From a virus (taxonomy: Duplodnaviria > Heunggongvirae > Uroviricota > Caudoviricetes), in the IMG/VR virus record IMGVR_UViG_2861043448_000001: a stretch of DNA of 22,628 bases; one strand, 5' to 3'. Made by a program: the position numbers and the translations under genes. Below, piece after piece: positions 14,701 to 22,628 of the stretch (position 1 is its first letter; each line of letters opens with the position of its first letter). The notes under the pieces were generated by a model that saw only the letters and a program-made list of their open reading frames with translations, searched no databases and had not been told where the DNA came from.

Positions 14701-15518
14701 AACTGGAAGATTTACCGAAATACTACTCCCCAAAATCCCCTGGCCTGACCGATGCATCGGCCTCAACGTCAAAAGATGCGCTGAGTATCACTGATGTGAT
14801 GGCCGCGCAGGGCATGACACAGAATCGGGCTGAGATGGGTTTTTCTGCGTTCCTGGGGAAAATGGGCATCAGTATGAATGACAGGGCGCGGGCAACAGAA
14901 TTACTGGCAGATTATGCACTCAGTCGGTGCGATCGTGTGGCGGCGTTGAGAAAGCTTCCGGCAGAAATAAAACCGGTAGTGATGCGCATTATGGCTTCGT
15001 ACGCTTTTGAGGATTATGCCCGCAGCGCAGCGAGTAAAAAGCAGTGCCCTTGTTGCTATGGGGAAAAATTTATTGAAAGCGTAGTTTTTACAAACAAGGT
15101 CCAGTATCCGGATGGTAAGCCGCCGGTATGGGCAAAGTGTACGAAAGGTGTGTATCCGTCTTACTGGGAAGAATGGAAAAAAGTCAGGGAGGTGGTAAAA
15201 GTTGCCTGTCCGGAGTGTGGCGGAAAGGGTGAGGTTTCCACCGCCTGTAAGGATTGCCGTGGGCGTGGTGTCGCCATTCATCGTGAAGAGTCGGTAAAAC
15301 GTGGTATGCCTGTTATCAGAGACTGCCAGCGTTGTGGTGGTCGTGGCTATGAAAGACTACCATCAACGGAGGCATTTAATGCTATATGCGAGGTGACAAA
15401 CCAGATAACACGCGCGTCATGGGAAAAAACAGTTAAGAAATTCTATGATGCGCTGGTGACCCGGTTTGATATTGAAGAAGCATGGGCTGAGCGGCAGTTA
15501 AAAAAGGTAACTAGGTAA
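14697..15518 (+). CDS. Late-gene antiterminator Q (zinc-finger-rich type)
   Basis: 273 codons, coupled to rusA by an ATGA overlap. Carries CPCC, CPECGGKGEVSTACKDCRGRG and CQRCGGRG motifs. Followed directly by a PR'-like promoter and terminator. Confidence 0.8.
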   Translation: MKLEDLPKYYSPKSPGLTDASASTSKDALSITDVMAAQGMTQNRAEMGFSAFLGKMGISMNDRARATELLADYALSRCDRVAALRKLPAEIKPVVMRIMASYAFEDYARSAASKKQCPCCYGEKFIESVVFTNKVQYPDGKPPVWAKCTKGVYPSYWEEWKKVREVVKVACPECGGKGEVSTACKDCRGRGVAIHREESVKRGMPVIRDCQRCGGRGYERLPSTEAFNAICEVTNQITRASWEKTVKKFYDALVTRFDIEEAWAERQLKKVTR

Positions 15519-15523
15519 CAAGG

Positions 15524-15566
15524 TTGATTTTTCCGGAATCTGTGGTAAATTCGTCATAACGATGGG
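15524..15566 (+). promoter_or_regulatory. PR'-like late promoter with a promoter-proximal pause / qut-like element
   Basis: TTGATT (15524-15529), 16-nt spacer, extended -10 TGgTAAATT (15543-15551). The sequence cataACGATGGGcg then resembles lambda tcaACGATGGGtt, the sigma-dependent pause. Confidence 0.65.
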
Positions 15567-15598
15567 CGTTTTATGCCTGACGTTAGAAGAGTTTCTAC

Positions 15599-15622
15599 AA
15601 CCCGCCGCCGAGCGGGTTTTTT
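15599..15622 (+). terminator. tR'-like rho-independent terminator
   Basis: Stem cccgc-cgccga-gcggg followed by tttttt. It lies about 45-65 nt downstream of the predicted PR' start. Confidence 0.8.
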
Positions 15623-15661
15623 ATTGCGGAATTAATTATGGACCGTTATTATTCTGCTCCC

Positions 15662-15737
15662 GGCCCTTTAGCTCAGTGGTGAGAGCGAGCGACTCATAAT
15701 CGACAGGTCGCTGGGTCAAATCCAGCAAGGGCCACCA
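15662..15737 (+). tRNA. tRNA with CAU anticodon, ileX/ileZ-like (Ile2 or Met); weakened anticodon stem and unusual T-loop
   Basis: Cloverleaf fits: acceptor GGCCCTT/AAGGGCC, D-arm GCTC..GAGC, loop CTCATAA, encoded CCA. However, 27:43 and 28:42 are mismatched and the T-loop starts with G (GTCAAAT). Confidence 0.6.
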
Positions 15738-15738
15738 A

Positions 15739-15815
15739 CCGTCACCAGTTCATCAGGAAAGAGCGTCAACCCTTTAAGTTGAGTGTGCGAGGTTCGAGTC
15801 CCCGGTGGCGGTCCA
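15739..15815 (+). tRNA. tRNA-like gene, anticodon loop CCTTTAA (nominally Lys-UUU with C33); possibly a pseudo-tRNA
   Basis: Acceptor CCGTCAC/GTGGCGG with one G-U pair. T-loop TTCGAGT, with one T-stem mismatch. C replaces the near-universal U33. CCA is encoded. Confidence 0.45.
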
Positions 15816-15817
15816 GT

Positions 15818-15893
<76 letters not shown>

Positions 15894-15896
15894 TAT

Positions 15897-15971
<75 letters not shown>

Positions 15972-16178
15972 GTTAGAGTCTTTCAGTCTGCGATGATGGG
16001 AAATCCCGGAGTGACTGAAAGACGTTTAAGTTATGAATGATCGCTTTTTTTTGCAAAATTGCTGTGCAGAAATACTAACCTTCGGGCAGGCGATCATTCA
16101 TAAGCACTCTGCTTTTATTCCGATTAACTGTGGGTGGTTTGTTGGATAGAGTGCTTTCCTTACTGTATATATTGTTTC

Positions 16179-16203
16179 GCCCGCTTTTGCGGGCTTTTCT
16201 TTT
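16179..16203 (+). terminator. Rho-independent terminator upstream of the holin start
   Basis: Stem gcccgc-tttt-gcgggc followed by ttttctttt. Confidence 0.75.
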
Positions 16204-16263
16204 CAAATCCCTTTCATTTCTCAGTGTAAAACTACGCCATCCGTTATTTGCGGAGGTGAGGCT

Positions 16264-18426
16264 ATGAAATCCATGGACAAAATTTCAACGGGCATTGCCT
16301 ATGGCACCTCCGCAGGCAGTGCTGGCTACTGGTTTTTACAGCTGCTCGATAAAGTCACGCCCTCACAGTGGGCAGCAATAGGTGTGCTGGGTATCCGCAC
16401 CGGCGGGCGCGTGCTGGCGGTAAACAGCCAGACCCGGACGCTGACGCTCGACCGTGAAATCACGCTGCCATCTTCCGGCACCACGCTGATAAGCCTGGTT
16501 GACGGGCAGGGGAGTCCGGTCAGCGTGGAGGTTCAGTCCGTCACCGACGGCGTGAAGGTGAAAGTGAGCCGTGTTCCTGACGGCGTTGCTGAATACAGCG
16601 TATGGGGGCTGAAGCTGCCGACGCTGCGCCAGCGCCTGTTCCGCTGCGTGAGTATCCGTGAGAACGACGACGGCACGTATGCCATCACCGCCGTGCAGCA
16701 TGTACCGGAAAAAGAGGCCATCGTGGATAACGGGGCGCACTTTGACGGCGACCAGAGCGGCACGGTAAATGGTGTCACGCCGCCAGCGGTGCAGCACCTG
16801 ACCGCAGAAGTCACCGCAGACAGCGGGGAATACCAGGTGCTGGCCCGCTGGGACACGCCGAAGGTGGTGAAGGGCGTGAGCTTCCTGCTTCGCCTGACCG
16901 TGGCAGCGGATGACGGCCGTGAGCGGCTGGTCAGCACGGCCCGGACGACGGAAACCACTTACCGCTTCACACAACTGGCTCTGGGGAACTACAGGCTGAC
17001 AGTCCGGGCAGTAAATGCGCGGGGGCAGCAGGGCGATCCGGCGTCGGTATCGTTCCGGATTGCCGCACCGGCAGCGCCGTCGCGGATTGAGCTGACGCCG
17101 GGCTATTTTCAGATAACCGCCACGCCGCATCTTGCGGTTTATGACCCGACGGTACAGTTTGAGTTCTGGTTCTCGGAAAAACGGATTGCGGATATCAGGC
17201 AGGTTGAAACCAGCGCGCGTTATCTTGGTACGGCACTGTACTGGATAGCCGCCAGTATCAATATCAAACCGGGCCATGATTATTATTTTTACGTTCGCAG
17301 TGTGAACACCGTTGGCAAATCGGCATTCGTGGAGGCTGTCGGTCAGCCGAGTGATGATGCATCAGGCTATCTGGATTTTTTCAAAGGCGAGATAGGGAAA
17401 ACCCATCTGGCTCAGGAGCTGTGGACGCAGATTGATAACGGTCAGCTTGCGCCTGACCTGACTGAAATCAGGACGTCCATAACGGATGTCAGCAATGAAA
17501 TAACACAGACCGTCAATAAGAAACTGGAAGACCAGAGTGCAGCGATCCAGCAGATACAGAAGGTTCAGGTTGATACAAATAATAACCTGAACAGCATGTG
17601 GGCAGTGAAGCTGCAGCAGATGCAGGACGGACGCCTTTATATTGCGGGTATCGGTGCCGGTATTGAGAACACCCCTGACGGCATGCAGAGTCAGGTGCTG
17701 CTGGCAGCAGACAGGATTGCGATGATTAATCCTGCGAATGGCAACACAAAGCCGATGTTTGTTGGTCAGGGCGATCAGATATTCATGAATGAAGTGTTCC
17801 TGAAACGCCTGACGGCCCCCACCATTACCAGCGGCGGTAATCCTCCGGCATTTTCCCTGACATCAGACGGGAGACTGACGGCGAAAAATGCGGATATCAG
17901 TGGCAGTGTGAATGCGAACTCAGGAACGCTCAACAATGTCACGATTAACCAGAACTGTACGATTAAGGGCATGCTGGAGGCGACCCAGGTCAGAGGAGAT
18001 TTCGTTAAAGCTGTATCAAAAGCCTTCCCGAAAAAAGTCGGTACGTGGGGTAACACGGAAACACCAAACGGTACGGTTACAGTAACCATCAGCGATGATC
18101 ATAACTTTGACCGCCAGATTATTATTCCGCCCATTATTTTTAACGGTATAGCGTATGACGATCCGGGGAGCGGAAATAACCCAGGAGGCACGCGATACAC
18201 GGGTTATGGTTTTGAAGTTCGCAAAAACGGCGTATTAATCGCATCCAGAGAAACTAAAGGGGCCATTCCCGGTAGTTACAGTGCAGTTATTGATATGCCG
18301 AGTGGCAGGGGAAGCGTCACTCTGGAGTTTAAGATTTTCCAGAAAGGCAATCAGGGGGCAGGCAATATCACCGACTGTACGGTGATTGTGACCAAAAAAG
18401 CGGCTTCCGGCATCAGTATTCGTTGA
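16264..18426 (+). pseudogene. Deletion-generated fusion: holin 5' end (43 codons) joined in frame to the C-terminal ~677 residues of tail-tip/host-specificity protein J
   Basis: Residues 1-43 ([43 protein letters not shown]) match Stx-phage-type holin N-termini. From residue 44 onward ([29 protein letters not shown]...[17 protein letters not shown]...[36 protein letters not shown]) the sequence matches lambda J. The junction is at about 16392/16393. Confidence 0.85.
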
Positions 18427-18447
18427 AATATTTATAACCCCAATAAA

Positions 18448-18473
18448 GGGCGTCAGGAATGACGCCTTTTTTA
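18448..18473 (+). terminator. Rho-independent terminator after J
   Basis: Stem gggcgtca-ggaa-tgacgcc followed by ttttttatt. Confidence 0.8.
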
Positions 18474-18496
18474 TTGCAGAAAAGCGAGAGGTAATT

Positions 18497-18892
18497 ATGC
18501 GTAAAGTTTGTGCAGCAATTTTGTCCGCAGCCATTTGTCTGGCCGTATCCGGTGCGCCTGCATGGGCGTCTGAACATCAGTCCACGCTGAGCGCGGGGTA
18601 TCTTCATGCCCGGACCAACGTTCCCGGCAGTGATGATCTGAACGGGATTAACGTGAAATATCGTTATGAGTTTACGGATACGCTGGGGCTGGTGACGTCA
18701 TTCAGCTATGCAGGAGACAAGAATCGCCAGCTGACCCGTTACAGCGATACCCGCTGGCATGAAGATTCCGTGCGTAACCGCTGGTTCAGCGTGATGGCGG
18801 GGCCGTCTGTGCGCGTGAATGAATGGTTCAGCGCGTATGCGATGGTACTGGTGGAAGAACTATCGAGCAAGCACGTGCGAACTTGCGGGTAA
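18497..18892 (+). pseudogene. lom: Truncated lom (Ail/Lom outer-membrane protein), intact to about codon 116 and then an out-of-frame tail
   Basis: Signal peptide MRKVCAAILSAAICLAVSGAPAWA plus GINVKYRYEFTD...RWFSVMAGPSV..SAYAM parallel lambda Lom, which is ~206 aa. Similarity ends at about 18845, followed by 16 unrelated codons. Confidence 0.8.
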
Positions 18893-20655
18893 TGTATGAG
18901 CAAAAAGCTGGCCTTGCTAATACTGACCTAAACACCCTTACCGGTGAATATTCTGGTTTCTATCAACAACCAACGAGCGCTTACGCAACAGAAGAGTTAA
19001 ATTACCCAATCGGTCTGGCGGGCGCTTTAATAGTGCTCCAAACGAGAGCCAACACTGCTTCTTCCTGCGTTCAGGTGTACCACCCTTATAATAATCCGGG
19101 AATTACTTATAGACGAATATATGAAGGAGGTAGCGGTACCTGGTCTGAATGGAAGAGAGATGTATCAACAGAAAGGGTTGAAGAGGGAAAAGAAACAACT
19201 TACGTATATTCTACGTATTCTTCAGGCGCACCACGCTTACAGGTTTCCAAATCTGGTTTGTGGGGTTGTCATAATGGCACTGGCTGGTTGCCATTAGCTG
19301 TTGGGCAAGGAGGTACAGGTGCGACAACAGTAGAAGATGCGCGAAACAACTTAAGTCTTGGCGAAAGTAGCGCAGTTAAATTTAAAAACCTTACTTTAAC
19401 CGAAGCGCTCGACACGACATTAGGACTGCTTACAAAAACAGGACGAGACTGGAACACGCAGCATACTGATAACATTAATAAATTTATACCAATTGCAGGC
19501 AGTACAAACGGCCCGGCAGGCTCTATGGTTCTTGGCGGCATTCATGTTCAATTTAGTAAAAATTATGCTGTGCAGTTCGGAGGCCGCAATTCCGGTTTTT
19601 GGGGAAGAACAATTGAAAATGGAACGACACAGGAATGGAAGAAATTACTAACAGTAGACGATCTCAATTCATCTACCGATCTTGCTGTCAGGTCATTAAC
19701 CACATCTAACCCGGTAAAATCTGGCGGAGGGCGAATTGATGTCCTTGGAAGCACGTCAGACTATAGCAAAATGGATTGCTTTGTACGTGGGTTTGATAGC
19801 ACCGGTAATTCTCTCGTGTGGGCGTTGGGTTCATCAGTCGGCGTAAGTAAGATGCTATCGCTAAAAAATTTCTTTAGCGGAGCTGAGATACTGTTAAATG
19901 GTAATGACGGCGCGGTTCAACTCAAAACAGGTGCTGTTAACGGGGCTACAGCGCAGACGCTCACTATCAACAAGAATGAGGTTAACTCAACCGTTGATTT
20001 AACCCTTACAAAGCAATCAGGGACTGGTAATCGTTTTGTTTTACAGAACTCAGGTAATGCAGAACTACCGTTTTCTGTCAGGGTGTGGGGTTCCAGTACT
20101 CGACAAAACGTTTTTGAGGTTGGAACGTCTGCTGCGTATCTGTTTTATGCGCAAAAAACGTCAGCAGGCCAGTTGTTTGATGTAAATGGCGCTATTAATT
20201 GCACAACGCTGAATCAGTCATCAGACCGCGACCTTAAAGACGATATTCTCGTTATCAGCGACGCGACGAAAGCAATCCGTAAAATGAACGGATACACCTA
20301 CACGCTCAAGGAAAACGGGATGCCTTATGCTGGCGTTATTGCACAGGAAGTAATGGAGGCGATACCAGAAGCTGTGGGATCGTTTACTCATTATGGTGAA
20401 GAGTTGCAAGGTCCGACCGTTGACGGCAACGAGCTACGCGAAGAAACTCGCTATCTTAATGTTGACTACTCCGCCGTGACGGGTTTACTTGTTCAGGTCG
20501 CCCGTGAAACAGATGATCGCGTTACCGCGCTGGAAGAGGAAAACACAACGCTACGTCAAAATCTGGCAACAGCAGGCACCCGGATCAGCACTCTGGAAAA
20601 TCAGGTAAGCGAACTGGTTGCACTTGTCCGGCAGTTAACAGGAAGCGAACATTGA
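18823..20655 (+). CDS. Distal part of a side tail fibre with a C-terminal S74-type intramolecular chaperone domain; its native 5' end is missing
   Basis: Fibre-like sequence starts at about 18844 (GTGGRTIEQARANLRV). The ATG at 18823 lies inside lom in another frame. The C-terminus reads SSDRDLKDDILVI..AIRKMNGYTY...YAGVIAQEVMEAIPEAV...VDYSAVTGLLVQVARE followed by a coiled coil, which is the auto-cleaving chaperone signature. Confidence 0.75.
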   Translation: MVQRVCDGTGGRTIEQARANLRVMYEQKAGLANTDLNTLTGEYSGFYQQPTSAYATEELNYPIGLAGALIVLQTRANTASSCVQVYHPYNNPGITYRRIYEGGSGTWSEWKRDVSTERVEEGKETTYVYSTYSSGAPRLQVSKSGLWGCHNGTGWLPLAVGQGGTGATTVEDARNNLSLGESSAVKFKNLTLTEALDTTLGLLTKTGRDWNTQHTDNINKFIPIAGSTNGPAGSMVLGGIHVQFSKNYAVQFGGRNSGFWGRTIENGTTQEWKKLLTVDDLNSSTDLAVRSLTTSNPVKSGGGRIDVLGSTSDYSKMDCFVRGFDSTGNSLVWALGSSVGVSKMLSLKNFFSGAEILLNGNDGAVQLKTGAVNGATAQTLTINKNEVNSTVDLTLTKQSGTGNRFVLQNSGNAELPFSVRVWGSSTRQNVFEVGTSAAYLFYAQKTSAGQLFDVNGAINCTTLNQSSDRDLKDDILVISDATKAIRKMNGYTYTLKENGMPYAGVIAQEVMEAIPEAVGSFTHYGEELQGPTVDGNELREETRYLNVDYSAVTGLLVQVARETDDRVTALEEENTTLRQNLATAGTRISTLENQVSELVALVRQLTGSEH

Positions 20656-20835
20656 TATCCTTCAAGCCCTGAAGGAGGCTGTTCCTGGTACGTTCAGACT
20701 GTTGTTGAGCTGGAAATCGCAACGGAGGAAGAAACTTCGTTGCTGGAAGTCTGGAAGAAGTATCGGGTGTTGCTGAACCGTGTTAATACAACAACTGCAC
20801 CGGATATTGAATGGCCAGTAGCACCTATAGGGTAA
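20656..20835 (+). pseudogene. Tail-fibre assembly (tfa) 3' remnant
   Basis: It encodes ...[36 protein letters not shown], a typical Tfa C-terminus. There is no start codon. It is in frame directly behind the fibre stop codon. Confidence 0.7.
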
Positions 20836-20881
20836 ATTCGTAATGATTACCTAAATACGTTATTCTGGTAATGACTCCAAC

Positions 20882-21385
20882 TTACTGATAGTGTTTTATG
20901 TTCAGATAATGCCCGATGACCTTGTCATGCAGCTCCACCGATTTTGAGAACGACAGTGACTTCCGTCCCAGCCTTGCCAGATGTTGTCTCAGATTCAGGT
21001 TATGCCGCTCAATTCGCTGAGTGTAACGCTTGCTGATTACGTGCAGCTTTCCCTTCAGGCGGGATTCATACAGCGGCCAGCCATCCGTCATCCATACCAC
21101 GACCTCAAAGGCCGACAGCAGGCTTAGAAGACGCTCCAGTGTGGCCAGAGTGCGTTCACCGAATACGTGCGCAACAACCGTCTTCCGGAGCCTGTCATAC
21201 GCGTAAAACAGCCAGCGCTGGCGCGATTTAGCCCCGACGTATCCCCACTGTTCGTCCATTTCCGCGCAGACGATGACGTCACTGCCCGGCTGTATGCGCG
21301 AGGTTACCGACTGCGGCCTGAGTTTTTTAAATGGCGGAAAATCGTGTTGAGGCCAACGCCCATAATGCGGGCGGTTGCCCGGCAT
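20882..21385 (-). CDS. insB: IS1 InsB reading frame (expressed as InsAB' by a -1 frameshift)
   Basis: 167-codon ORF inside IS1, overlapping insA. Confidence 0.9.
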   Translation of the reverse strand: MPGNRPHYGRWPQHDFPPFKKLRPQSVTSRIQPGSDVIVCAEMDEQWGYVGAKSRQRWLFYAYDRLRKTVVAHVFGERTLATLERLLSLLSAFEVVVWMTDGWPLYESRLKGKLHVISKRYTQRIERHNLNLRQHLARLGRKSLSFSKSVELHDKVIGHYLNIKHYQ

Positions 21386-21579
21386 CCAACGCCATTCATG
21401 GCCATATCAATGATTTTCTGGTGCGTACCGGGTTGAGAAGCGGTGTAAGTGAACTGCAGTTGCCATGTTTTACGGCAGTGAGAGCAGAGATAGCGCTGAT
21501 GTCCGGCGGTGCTTTTGCCGTTACGCACCACCCCGTCAGTAGCTGAACAGGAGGGACAGCTGATAGAAACAGAAGCCAC
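21304..21579 (-). CDS. insA: IS1 InsA transcriptional inhibitor
   Basis: 91 codons. The sequence [40 protein letters not shown] is the canonical InsA zinc-finger N-terminus. Confidence 0.95.
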   Translation of the reverse strand: MASVSISCPSCSATDGVVRNGKSTAGHQRYLCSHCRKTWQLQFTYTASQPGTHQKIIDMAMNGVGCRATARIMGVGLNTIFRHLKNSGRSR

Positions 21580-21692
21580 TGGAGCACCTCAAAAACACCA
21601 TCATACACTAAATCAGTAAGTTGGCAGCATCACCGTTATTCTTTTGTTCAAAAAGTGATTTTGCTATAGGTAGGGAGTATGTTCTTGGATTA

Positions 21693-21726
21693 AGAATAAA
21701 AATCGCCATGAAAGAGCTTCATGGCG
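21693..21726 (-). terminator. Rho-independent terminator on the minus strand
   Basis: On the minus strand: cgccatgaa-gctct-ttcatggcg (9-bp stem) followed by atttttatt. Confidence 0.65.
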
Positions 21727-22200
21727 AGTACATAAACGTACAAAATATGATGAAAGTAGAGTGGCGTAAGCCACTATATTAAGATATGACAATAGCGAAG
21801 AAAAGTAAATAACATTTTATGGGCGTTTAATTGTTAATTATAAAAACTAGAGTGCCCGATATTGTTTATCTTGCTTTAAAATAATGTACTCAAACCAAAT
21901 TTTTGAGCTAAAAGCTCAAATAATATAAATGCAATGATAATGTTTAATAAGACAATTAGCTTGCTTTGTATTTTCATTTCGGAATACTGTTAAGTAACTT
22001 TGATGACACTAACAATAGATCGGAATTTTCTTAGAGTCAATGGTCACTGTTTTTGCTTGCAAAGCAAATGTTTTTGGTGGTTATAAGTTTTCTTAATATA
22101 GTCACCTATGCAACTTGTTCCGTGTGGAGATTAAAGGTTAAAATTTAATGCGAAGATGGAATTATAATATATTTTTTTATAATTAATTTAACCTTAACAT

Positions 22201-22298
22201 CGTTGCTGGCGGCATGGAAGAAATATCGGGTCTTGCTGATGTCGTGTTGGCACTTCCTTAGTGCGGTTATCGAATGGCCAGCTGTACCTGTGGGGTAA
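22201..22298 (+). pseudogene. Second, degenerate tfa 3' remnant
   Basis: 98 nt, collinear with 20738-20835. Encodes [12 protein letters not shown]...IEWPAVPVG*, with the middle scrambled by compensating indels. No upstream tfa sequence is present. Confidence 0.65.
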
Positions 22299-22430
22299 AA
22301 ACTTTATATGGGTGCTATTTTTATAATAGCTGGTAAAAACTGGCCGAACTGAAATTCACTGTTGATAAAAAAGATGTGTTTGAGTGTATGTCATTGTTTT
22401 CTTAACGGAATCCACTAGAATGCAGCGAAT

Positions 22431-22628
22431 TTAAGAAGGTGGGTTTTTATTGGAATATAAACTACAATAATGCTCAACTCGTTCGTAGAATTGTTTTTTC
22501 TTATTTTTTGGAATGCTAACCATTATATGCATTATGGGGGCGATACTTCCTGATAATTTACATGATGCATACATTGAAGCAATAAATTCAATATCATTGT
22601 CATCAAAGTTAAAGCTTTCTCCGTCCAT
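22431..22628 (-). CDS. AT-rich hypothetical ORF reaching the window edge; may be 5'-truncated by the window
   Basis: 65 codons, with the ATG exactly at 22628-22626. The ORF could extend upstream beyond the window. No motif recognised. Confidence 0.4.
   Translation of the reverse strand: MDGESFNFDDNDIEFIASMYASCKLSGSIAPIMHIMVSIPKNKKKQFYERVEHYCSLYSNKNPPS

Larger units (their letters stand above)
20867..21634 (-). mobile_element. IS1, complete 768-bp copy
   Basis: Ends are ggtaatgactccaacttactgat (20867 onward) and the reverse complement ggtgatgctgccaacttactgat (ending 21634). It is flanked by the direct repeat gttattct at 20859-20866 and 21635-21642. The frameshift motif ttaaaaaactc lies on the minus strand at 21320-21330. 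Confidence 0.95.

Noticed and set aside
15972-16263. Possible Shiga-toxin or other moron between the tRNA array and the holin
   Set aside because: The position is the classical stx site, but no ORF of meaningful length exists there. Only palindromes and a terminator are present.
16363-17277. 304-aa and 141-aa minus-strand ORFs inside the J region
   Set aside because: They are antisense shadow ORFs in a GC-rich gene whose plus-strand translation is collinear with lambda J. Their Arg/Pro-rich composition is typical of antisense frames.
20867-21634. IS1 as the cause of the prophage deletions
   Set aside because: IS1 is flanked by an intact target-site duplication (gttattct), which indicates simple insertion. 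The deletion junctions at about 16392 and about 18845 are far from it.
20656-22298. Invertible tail-fibre segment (Gin/Pin/Cin-type switch)
   Set aside because: The two tfa remnants are in direct, not inverted, orientation. No serine invertase gene is present, and I saw no gix/hix-like crossover site.

Overview
The window covers most of a defective lambdoid prophage from an E. coli-like host, a mosaic of Qin-like and lambda-like modules, read from its integrase end. Left to right it contains: (1) a leftward early operon, 20-4600 on the minus strand, with int, xis, an 823-aa protein carrying a C-terminal DEDDh exonuclease domain, a small signal-peptide protein and a Kil-like peptide. (2) A short divergent control region with no recognisable cI/cro/N genes, followed by a replication-organiser gene and a 140-aa winged-helix-like gene. 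(3) A roughly 5.5 kb accessory island, about 6340-11860, which I rate the most interesting part. It holds four cargo genes: a GIY-YIG nuclease with a C-terminal HTH, a 449-aa orphan protein, a 200-aa mini tyrosine recombinase, and a protein with an Mrr-like PD-(D/E)xK (D...QxK) domain. These genes are separated by five copies of a 24-nt palindromic repeat family. The recombinase ribosome-binding site and start codon lie inside a perfect 15-bp inverted repeat. (4) A Qin-like nin/late-control block with a 29-codon hydrophobic ORF, hok/mok/sok, rem, a 92-aa ORF, ydfU (DUF968), rusA and a Q antiterminator. It continues with a lambda-like PR' promoter carrying an ACGATGGG pause motif, a tR' terminator and four tRNA genes, two of which look degenerate. 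(5) Clear decay scars. One ORF fuses the first 43 codons of a holin to the C-terminal ~677 residues of tail-tip protein J, implying loss of the lysis, head and most tail genes. The lom gene is truncated and abutted to the distal part of a side tail fibre that ends in an S74-type intramolecular chaperone. Two degenerate tfa 3' remnants occur in direct orientation. (6) An intact IS1 with a target-site duplication, then an AT-rich tail with a partial ORF at the window edge. All family assignments come from motif reading and recollection of the families. No database search was run.
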